The notes under the pieces were generated by a model. It had not been told where the DNA came from. It ran no database searches and saw only the letters and a program-made list of their open reading frames with translations. DNA of 64,000 bases from Chitinophagaceae bacterium (GTDB lineage: Bacteria > Bacteroidota > Bacteroidia > Chitinophagales > Chitinophagaceae). The stretch is taken from positions 2,149 to 66,148 of the forward strand of contig CANJQU010000002.1 of NCBI GenBank assembly GCA_947476485.1, given 5' to 3'. The position numbers and the translations under genes are program-made. Shown here piece after piece: positions 56,848-64,000 of the stretch; position 1 is the first letter of the stretch; each line of letters begins with the position of its first letter.

Positions 56848-57240
56848 TTAATCTTCCCAATCTAACGCACCTTTCTTTACTATGTAAATAAACCCACACA
56901 AAAAGAATGCAACAAACAACACTACTTCCAGGAAGCCATCTTTACCCAAATACCGGAAATTTACTGCATATGGATAAAAGAAGATCACCTCCACATCAAA
57001 CAGCACAAAAAGGATGGCAACAAGGAAATATTTTATACCCATCGGCTGACGGGCATTACCCACCGATGGTATACCGCTCTCGAAATTAATAAGCTTGTCC
57101 TGTGTCTTTCTTTTAGGACCAAGCAGGTGTGTTACACCCATCATCACAACAATAAATCCAATTGCTATAACCAGTTGAAGGGCTATCGGGAAATAATTAA
57201 ATGGCGTGTTGTGTTCCACTGCCAGCAATAAAAGATTCAT
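56848..57240 (-). CDS. nuoA: NADH-quinone oxidoreductase subunit A
   Basis: 130 aa with 3 TM segments and FLVAILFVLFDVEVIFFYP. It is the first gene of the cluster. Confidence 0.93.
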   Translation of the reverse strand: MNLLLLAVEHNTPFNYFPIALQLVIAIGFIVVMMGVTHLLGPKRKTQDKLINFESGIPSVGNARQPMGIKYFLVAILFVLFDVEVIFFYPYAVNFRYLGKDGFLEVVLFVAFFLCGFIYIVKKGALDWED

Positions 57241-57280
57241 ATATGGTCCCTCTTAATTAGAAAGCTTATAATAGAATATA

Positions 57281-57311
57281 CAAAGTTACAGTTATGCGGT
57301 GAATTTGCAAA
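57281..57311 (-). promoter_or_regulatory. Candidate Bacteroidota promoter of the nuo operon
   Basis: On the minus strand there is a TTTG (57308-57311), 19 nt of spacer, then TAACTTTG (57281-57288), about 40 nt upstream of the nuoA ATG. Confidence 0.5.
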
Positions 57312-57342
57312 CGCTAATTAACTTATTATTAAGGAGCGCCTC

Positions 57343-57400
57343 AAAAACCGTGAAATTATTTACCACATATATTAAGAGGACTAACAAGTCAATTTCACGG
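57343..57400 (-). terminator. Terminator hairpin after the upstream lipoprotein gene
   Basis: CCGTGAAATT (57348-57357) pairs with AATTTCACGG (57391-57400). It starts 2 nt after the stop and is followed by TTTTT on the minus strand. Confidence 0.6.
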
Positions 57401-57402
57401 AG

Positions 57403-58278
57403 CTAGTTTTGTTTATATGATAACCCAAATTGTTTCCAGGTTTTTGTGTTGTCGTACAGGTGCTGCAATGGGTTTTCCGGAGCCCGGGTACCACCAGCTC
57501 CACGGTTTGCACCGCGCCCATTGAGGTTTGCACCTGTACCCCCGGTATTATTGCTTATGCCGTTGCCACTATTGTCATTGTTCTTTGATGCCGGGTTCTT
57601 AAATCCCTTTATCGCAAAACAAACACTGATCGGCTTGCCGGCATCCTTGCTGTCAATCATAATTTTACCGTAAATTGCTTTAAAGGGTACTACTGCCTCC
57701 CATACCAATTGTTTGTATTCATCGATCCGTGTGATCACTTTAATACCACAAGGTATGGTCTGTGACACCATATATCCACCTGTACAATTGTAAAAGCCGT
57801 CCAGTGAAAATTGGTTAGCATCTTTTGCGCTTTTGGAGAGTTTTACATCCAGTTGCTTATTTAAATGCAGGTTCTCGCCATCTTTTACATGTACACTTTG
57901 AGGCAGGTCTATGGGATCCAGGTCGTTTGGCATGGGAAAATTGATATGAAAGCTCGCCTCTTTGCCACCTGAGGTATCAATAGATACCCTCATACCCTGC
58001 TTCAAAATCTTTAGCTGCGTCAATTCATCACCCGCTTGCATTGTTATATAAAGATTTTCTTTGTCGTTGGATGTCGCGTATGCGATCATTGCCTTGGCGT
58101 CAAAATTTGGATAGGGTGACGGCCAGTCCTTACTATCGCCATCGATCATTATAGGTTGGTCTTGCCAGGTTCCGGGCATACCTTCTGCTTTGCGGGAATG
58201 TTTTGAGCTACCGCACGAAAGAAAAAATATCAATAATAATGCACTTCCGGCACCGACCTTCCAGGATTTCAATAGCAT
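57403..58278 (-). CDS. Hypothetical lipoprotein
   Basis: 291 aa with lipobox (FFLSC) and a G/N-rich C-terminal segment. Confidence 0.7.
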   Translation of the reverse strand: MLLKSWKVGAGSALLLIFFLSCGSSKHSRKAEGMPGTWQDQPIMIDGDSKDWPSPYPNFDAKAMIAYATSNDKENLYITMQAGDELTQLKILKQGMRVSIDTSGGKEASFHINFPMPNDLDPIDLPQSVHVKDGENLHLNKQLDVKLSKSAKDANQFSLDGFYNCTGGYMVSQTIPCGIKVITRIDEYKQLVWEAVVPFKAIYGKIMIDSKDAGKPISVCFAIKGFKNPASKNNDNSGNGISNNTGGTGANLNGRGANRGAGGTRAPENPLQHLYDNTKTWKQFGLSYKQN

Positions 58279-58480
58279 TTTCCCATGTTTGGATGCAAAT
58301 TAAGGAAGTATCCACGCATCAATTTGGCATTTGGAAAATAAATATGCTGAAAATGAGCGTTTTCATCAACCAATTTATTTTTATGTCTGTCTATTAAGAA
58401 CGGATACTATTAGAATTCAAAAAAAAGTTTAATCTTTATAGTTACCCCTAATTGATATTTCTGAATTTTAATTGACTATC

Positions 58481-61150
58481 ATGAAAAAAATTTATGCTCT
58501 CTACACAATATTAGTACTATCGGTCATTTTGCCCATAACGTCATCGGCACAGATGACCGTAGTGCCTGGTGTAACTGCAGCTGTAATGGCTAATAAGCTT
58601 GCTGGACCGGGAGTTGTTATTTTAAACCCGGTACTTACCTGTATTTCGAATGCTTACGGCACTTTTTCCGGGAGTTCTACCTTAAATTTTGACAGTGGGA
58701 TCGTACTTACAAGCGGACAGGCAAATACTTCGGGCTTTTCAACAGGTGTTAATGGATCTTCAACTTTATTTGCCAGTACCGGTAACGGCACCGGAGGTGA
58801 CGCGCAGCTCTCCGGCCTGATCGGTGGTCTTGCCACACATGATGCCTGTATTTTGCAATTTGACTTTCGCCCGATAGGCGATACGGTAAAATTTGATTAT
58901 GTATTCGGGTCGGAGGAATATACAAGTTTCACCTGTTCTGACTTTAATGACGTATTCGGGTTTTTCATTTCCGGCCCGGGATATGGAGCACCGGTCAACC
59001 TGGCTATAATACCTGGTACCAGTATACCTGTGTGTATCAATAGTGTAAACTGCGGCCCCACAGGTGGCTATCCTATGTCTACCTGTACTGCAATGGGACC
59101 GGGATCACCGTTTTGCGCTTACTATGTAGACAACACCGGCGCAACTCTTACTTATGACGGACTAACTAAAACACTGACAGCTATTGCACATGTGACGCCA
59201 TGTGACACTTATCATTTGAAACTCGGAGTCGCCGATGCGTTTGACGATATCCTTGATTCAGGTGTATTCTTAAAAGCGGGCAGCCTCACCTCCCTCAGCT
59301 ATAATGCGACTTCTCATGGTATAGATCCTGCCGATACAAGTTTTGGCTCACAATTTTGCATCCGCGGATGTTATCCGGGTATGTTCGTTTTTACAAATAC
59401 CGGTTCTTTATCAGATTCCATTATCATACATTTCAATATAGGTGGCACTGCTGTAAATGGCGTTGACTATACTACAATTGCGGATAGTGTCATTATCCCT
59501 GCTCATGACTCTACTGACACCGTGTTTATTCACGGGCTCACGAGTGCAACAGGCACAAAGACAGTTATGCTGTACATTCTTTCTGCCTATTCATGTGGCG
59601 GCGCACCAGTAGTTATTGACAGCGTTGCCCTCACGATCTATGATTCCCTGAGTGTGCACATCATCACTCCCGATACCACCATCTGTATCGGTCAGAACGT
59701 GCTGATAAATACCACCGGTGGCCCCGGTCTCGTTTATACCTGGGCGCCAGCGGGTACACTTAACAGCAGTACGCTATTAAGTCCCACGGCGACGCCTACG
59801 GTGACGACCTCATACACCGTTACTGCAGTATTTCCGCTATCAGGGTGTCCGCCATCTTCTGAATCAATGACCATATCGGTCGTTACGCCCGCGACGATCA
59901 ATGTAGGTCCTCCAATTCAGACCACCTGTGTTGGCGTGCCCTTGCAACTCGGTGTGATCGCGACACCGGCAGGTACGTATGAGTACAACTGGACACCTTC
60001 CGGCTATCTGAATAGCGCCACTATTCCTAATCCGATCGTCACTCCCCTGTTGCAGGGCGACTTTGAGTACGTTGTTAGCGTTACCTATCCGGGTGGCGGA
60101 TGCGGCGTTACCGATTCTTTCCTGCTGCATGTGCTCCCGGATAGTTTCACACTTGTAAATCCGGATACCGGCATTTGCTATCCTGTTGGTATCTACCAGA
60201 TCGTGGCTTTTGGTGACACTGAGTTCACATACGTCTGGACTCCTGCTGCTGGTGTTTCGGATCCGAATATTCTTACACCGACCATAACACCTCCCGGTAC
60301 CACCAGCTATACGGTTACAGCCTCCTATCCTGGTTGTCCCGATCTGCACCACAGTATCACCTACACAGTGCAAAGCGCCAAGGCGAACATAATACCGTAT
60401 GATACGACATTCTGTATCAGTTGGCCCGTACCCATTCAGGTGATCCCTATCGACACACCATTTACCCTGACATGGTCACCATCGGCTGGACTGTCGGACC
60501 CAACGTTGCTGCAACCAAACTTCTTTAGCCCTGTTCCCGGCGTCTTTACCTATGTACTTACAGTAACAAGTTCTATCGGTTGTGTTGGTACCGATACTGT
60601 AACGTTCCGCCCTCAGCCACCTATTGCGATAGCGCTTACTCCTGGCAACACGACTATTCCATATGGAAGCAGCCTGCAATTACAGGCTTCCGATCTGTCT
60701 CCAAATCCGTTGTTCTATTATTGGGTACCAGACAATGGCACACTTAGCAATCCGAACATAAACAACCCAATTGTTACTCCGGTCGATTCTGTTACAACTT
60801 ACACAGTATATGGTATGGACCATTATGGTTGCAAAGACTCTGCTACTGTGACCATATACGTTGACTACCCGGACAACTGCATACCCAGCGCCTTTACGCC
60901 AAACGGAGACGGGCTAAATGATGTCTTCAGGCTATGCAACAAGCTGCGGTTCGAAAGACTTGTTGATTTCCGCGTTTTCAATCGTTGGGGACAACTGATT
61001 TACGAAAACACCAATGACGGGCAAAAAGGGTGGGATGGTACGCTTAACGGTGTAGTACAGGACATGGGTGTATACAACTACATGATCATTATAGCCCGTC
61101 CGGATGGAACGAACAGAATTTTCAAAGGCGAAGTGACATTGATAAAATAA
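58481..61150 (+). CDS. T9SS type B cargo: choice-of-anchor-L-like N-terminal domain, repeated Ig-like modules and a gliding-motility-associated C-terminal domain
   Basis: Signal peptide and the repeated W(T/S)P..GLSDP motif. C-terminal IPSAFTPNGDGLNDVF...GVYNYMI...GEVTLIK. ATG at 58481. Confidence 0.88.
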   Translation: MKKIYALYTILVLSVILPITSSAQMTVVPGVTAAVMANKLAGPGVVILNPVLTCISNAYGTFSGSSTLNFDSGIVLTSGQANTSGFSTGVNGSSTLFASTGNGTGGDAQLSGLIGGLATHDACILQFDFRPIGDTVKFDYVFGSEEYTSFTCSDFNDVFGFFISGPGYGAPVNLAIIPGTSIPVCINSVNCGPTGGYPMSTCTAMGPGSPFCAYYVDNTGATLTYDGLTKTLTAIAHVTPCDTYHLKLGVADAFDDILDSGVFLKAGSLTSLSYNATSHGIDPADTSFGSQFCIRGCYPGMFVFTNTGSLSDSIIIHFNIGGTAVNGVDYTTIADSVIIPAHDSTDTVFIHGLTSATGTKTVMLYILSAYSCGGAPVVIDSVALTIYDSLSVHIITPDTTICIGQNVLINTTGGPGLVYTWAPAGTLNSSTLLSPTATPTVTTSYTVTAVFPLSGCPPSSESMTISVVTPATINVGPPIQTTCVGVPLQLGVIATPAGTYEYNWTPSGYLNSATIPNPIVTPLLQGDFEYVVSVTYPGGGCGVTDSFLLHVLPDSFTLVNPDTGICYPVGIYQIVAFGDTEFTYVWTPAAGVSDPNILTPTITPPGTTSYTVTASYPGCPDLHHSITYTVQSAKANIIPYDTTFCISWPVPIQVIPIDTPFTLTWSPSAGLSDPTLLQPNFFSPVPGVFTYVLTVTSSIGCVGTDTVTFRPQPPIAIALTPGNTTIPYGSSLQLQASDLSPNPLFYYWVPDNGTLSNPNINNPIVTPVDSVTTYTVYGMDHYGCKDSATVTIYVDYPDNCIPSAFTPNGDGLNDVFRLCNKLRFERLVDFRVFNRWGQLIYENTNDGQKGWDGTLNGVVQDMGVYNYMIIIARPDGTNRIFKGEVTLIK

Positions 61151-61174
61151 GTCGGTTTACCATTTTTACTGAAA

Positions 61175-61206
61175 CGGCCCCTGTACTTCGGGGCTGTTTT
61201 ATTTTT
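61175..61206 (+). terminator. Rho-independent terminator
   Basis: CGGCCCC (61175-61181) pairs with GGGGCTG (61090+100 region, 61190-61196) and is followed by a T-run. Confidence 0.8.
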
Positions 61207-61225
61207 ACCAGGAGTATTATACTTT

Positions 61226-61891
61226 ATGTCCGCAAACAAACATATCCTTTTCCTTGTATCTGCTATTCTTTTACTGTCGTGTGGCCGCTACGAGCCTCCT
61301 GTCACGTTTGATGAGGCTCAACCTGCGAACACCAATGCGATCTCCGCATTTCCGGGCAGCGTATGCGGCGAGTACGCTGCTGTTGACGGAGCATCAATAC
61401 TTACGGTCTCTGGCAACATAGTAACACGAACACATGATTACGAAGTAAAAACAGTGAAGGACAGCATAGTGCCGCCGCTATACCTGAAAAGTGACACCAT
61501 TTTTATCAGCGGGTATCCGGATTCTGTATTTGCAGCGAACGTAAAAATTTATGGTGATTCACTGGTGATCAATGTTCATTACATGGATACCTTATTTATG
61601 CTAACCGATTCAAGTGCCCTTAAAAAATTCAAAGGGTATTACTTCCTCAACGAGCGGTACGCCATTGACAATAGTAAATACACCTGGGGCGTGAGAAAGC
61701 TCTCGGTTATAAAAGGAGTGTTGACGCTCACCCAGATCGGGTCACAAAAAGACCTGAATGATCTAAGGGAAATAACTGAAACCGATGACACAACTGTTTC
61801 CAGCTTCGCGCCAACACGCCGGCAGTTCAAACAATTCCTCAGATACCAGGATGACGAAATGACTGAGCAATTCACCCGTATCAAGCGTTAA
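61226..61891 (+). CDS. Hypothetical lipoprotein
   Basis: 221 aa with lipobox (ILLLSC). Confidence 0.65.
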   Translation: MSANKHILFLVSAILLLSCGRYEPPVTFDEAQPANTNAISAFPGSVCGEYAAVDGASILTVSGNIVTRTHDYEVKTVKDSIVPPLYLKSDTIFISGYPDSVFAANVKIYGDSLVINVHYMDTLFMLTDSSALKKFKGYYFLNERYAIDNSKYTWGVRKLSVIKGVLTLTQIGSQKDLNDLREITETDDTTVSSFAPTRRQFKQFLRYQDDEMTEQFTRIKR

Positions 61892-61896
61892 CTGAG

Positions 61897-63627
61897 TCAG
61901 TTAACGCCCATATCCTTAAGTACCGGCGTCACAAAATCCCTAAGTTCCTTTATGTATGCCGGTGAGAAATCAAACTTAATTCCTGCTGTTGTATAGAGTT
62001 CTTTGAGCGTTTTTGTGTACCCCAGGCTTAGTGCCTTCATGTAGTTCTCTAATGCCTGCTCCTTATTCAGCCGGTACTGCCGCCACATGGCTATTGCACC
62101 CAGCTGCGCTATACCGTATTCTATATAATAGAACGGCACTTCAAATAAATGCAGTTGTTTCTGCCAGAAGTTGGTACGATACTCCTCGAAACCGCTCCAG
62201 TCTGTAATGCCTGTGGAGAACTCATTGAGGATCATCATCCAGTTTTCCTCACGTTCCTTTACCGTATGACCGGGATGGGTATATAACCAGTGCTGGTACT
62301 TATCTATTGTTGCTATCCAAGGTAATACCGTGATCACCCTCTCCATCTCTTCGAGCTGCGCACGCTTCAACTCCTTTTCATCTTTAAAGAATACATCCCA
62401 ATGTTCCATTGAGAACAGCTCCATGCTCATGCTGGCCAGTTCGGCTATTTCCATCGGGTACTCCTTGAACGCCGAAAGCTGCAGCGGATCGGCCAGGAAC
62501 GAATGCACCGCATGACCGCCTTCATGCATCATGGTGATAACATCACCCATTGTTCCGGCAGCATTCATAAATATGAATGGCACTCCTGTCTCAGCAAGGG
62601 GACAATTATATCCACCGGGCGCCTTCCCTTTACGGCTGTCCAGGTCCAGCCGTTGCATTTGCTGCATCGTCTTTAAACATCCGCTGAAATATGGACCAAG
62701 GTTATTAAATACAGTCACAGCTTTCTCGCTCAGCTCTTTTCCATCGGTGAACGGATGCAGCGGTTCCACTCCTTCCGGTTCAGCATCGCCATCCCAGGGG
62801 CGCATCACATCAAGCCCCAACCTCTGCTGCCTGTTTTTTATGAGCATTACCTGTAGTGGAATAATATGTTCGCGCACAGCATCATGAAAGGCAAAACAAT
62901 CTGCAACCGAATAATCGAAACGGCCCAGCTCGCGGAATTTATAATCCCTGTAATTTTCAAAACCAGCATTCACCGCAATCTTCTGACGCACTGCAAGCAG
63001 TTTATCAAAAAGCTCATTCAGCTTATCTTTGTCTTGCAGGCGGCGGGCAGCTATTTTATTAAAGACCGTTTCGCGCAAGCTGCGATTGGGGCTCTGCAGC
63101 ATTTTTGCTGCCTGCTGCAAAGTATATTCCTTACCATCTACTTCCACACTCATGGCTGCTGAGATTACACCATACTGCTGCGCAAGCAAGCTCACCTCAG
63201 CTTGCAATGGCACATTTTCATCCCTGTACAATTTTGCTGCATTATCTACATTGCGCAGGTAAGGGAAGAATAAATTATTATCCAGCTCCTTGGTAAACGG
63301 ACATGCCAGTAACTTCTTATTCAGCTCAAAACTATAGGGCTTCATCTTGGGTTCTATCTCCATGCAGAAATACGTGAAGGCCTCTTCAAATTCATTGTTA
63401 GTAGTATCGCATGTCATGTTTATTTGTCGCCAGCATGCGTCTTCGCTAACCACCGCTTCGAGTTCACTCACATCACTCAACCATTTTTCAAGTTGCGCTT
63501 TGTTATCTATACTCCTGTTCTTTAACTCTTCAAAATATGGTAGCAATGCTTCCCAATCCGTCACCTTAAAATCGGCCGGTAAAAATTGTCTGTGCTTCTC
63601 TTTCAATGGAACAAATGCTCGGTTCAT
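61897..63627 (-). CDS. M3 family oligoendopeptidase (PepF-like)
   Basis: 576 aa with the zinc motif MMHEGGHAVH and a downstream Glu in EIAELASMSME. Confidence 0.92.
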   Translation of the reverse strand: MNRAFVPLKEKHRQFLPADFKVTDWEALLPYFEELKNRSIDNKAQLEKWLSDVSELEAVVSEDACWRQINMTCDTTNNEFEEAFTYFCMEIEPKMKPYSFELNKKLLACPFTKELDNNLFFPYLRNVDNAAKLYRDENVPLQAEVSLLAQQYGVISAAMSVEVDGKEYTLQQAAKMLQSPNRSLRETVFNKIAARRLQDKDKLNELFDKLLAVRQKIAVNAGFENYRDYKFRELGRFDYSVADCFAFHDAVREHIIPLQVMLIKNRQQRLGLDVMRPWDGDAEPEGVEPLHPFTDGKELSEKAVTVFNNLGPYFSGCLKTMQQMQRLDLDSRKGKAPGGYNCPLAETGVPFIFMNAAGTMGDVITMMHEGGHAVHSFLADPLQLSAFKEYPMEIAELASMSMELFSMEHWDVFFKDEKELKRAQLEEMERVITVLPWIATIDKYQHWLYTHPGHTVKEREENWMMILNEFSTGITDWSGFEEYRTNFWQKQLHLFEVPFYYIEYGIAQLGAIAMWRQYRLNKEQALENYMKALSLGYTKTLKELYTTAGIKFDFSPAYIKELRDFVTPVLKDMGVN

Positions 63628-63642
63628 GTAGTGGCTGTTTTT

Positions 63643-63900
63643 CTAACTGCAAAGTACGGTTTGAAACCAAATAGGAAAAACCCTTTTTACATTGATAAAT
63701 TCAGCATGTTTACATCTTGTTGTAAACAGCTTGTTAATAACAATAAAATGTGATTTACTCGTAATGTTATCGAATCGAGAAAATAGATGCTTTTTTGACA
63801 GATTTAACTCGGGAAATTCCGTTTTTTCTGCCACAACTTCCGATGGGATATTATTTATCATTATATCTATAAAAGTGATTGCCTGCCTGCATAATTCCAT
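63643..63900 (-). CDS. Possible small hypothetical protein
   Basis: 85-aa AT-rich ORF directly upstream of the peptidase gene. No family recognised. Confidence 0.25.
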   Translation of the reverse strand: MELCRQAITFIDIMINNIPSEVVAEKTEFPELNLSKKHLFSRFDNITSKSHFIVINKLFTTRCKHAEFINVKRVFPIWFQTVLCS

Positions 63901-64000
63901 TTTTTTCCTACCGTTAGCCGCACTACATTTGTATCAAGTTGTGAATTTAATGGGTTAGTAAGTAAGAGCTGCCGGATTCCTCCAGCGGCTCTTTTTCTTT

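Noticed and set aside
1-64000. tRNA, rRNA, tmRNA or transposase/integrase genes.
   Set aside because: Scanning the intergenic regions by eye found no T-loop (GGTTCGAAT-type) or cloverleaf candidates. No ORF carried DDE, tyrosine- or serine-recombinase motifs. A tRNAscan or Infernal run would be needed to exclude small RNAs formally.

Overview
The window looks like chromosomal DNA from a Bacteroidota genome, probably Chitinophagaceae- or Sphingobacteriia-like. Supporting signs are TAnnTTTG -7 promoter boxes, type A and type B T9SS C-terminal sorting domains, many lipoproteins and a 14-gene nuo cluster. From the left it holds rpsO-pnp, a VapC-type TA pair, housekeeping and hypothetical genes, an Hsp20 gene, an AbiE-like TA pair and large T9SS surface proteins. 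Further right come a TPR histidine kinase with a LuxR regulator, an orphan Dam-type methylase, purN, the full nuoA-N operon on the minus strand (40.5-57.2 kb), another T9SS protein and an M3 oligoendopeptidase. No rRNA, tRNA, CRISPR array, transposase or integrase was recognised. The most unusual feature is the nuo operon. Five same-strand accessory cassettes sit between its cistrons with almost no spacing: two MntA/HepT pairs, a HicBA pair with an SRPBCC gene and a frameshifted NTF2-like gene, and a retropepsin-like protease. Its remaining intercistronic spacers carry a repeated GC-hairpin element that abuts stop and start codons. Other items worth a second look are short-motif arrays, a palindrome array upstream of a DUF4143 ATPase, a duplicated gene fragment and several decayed genes. 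All family assignments come from motif recognition by eye, not from database searches.
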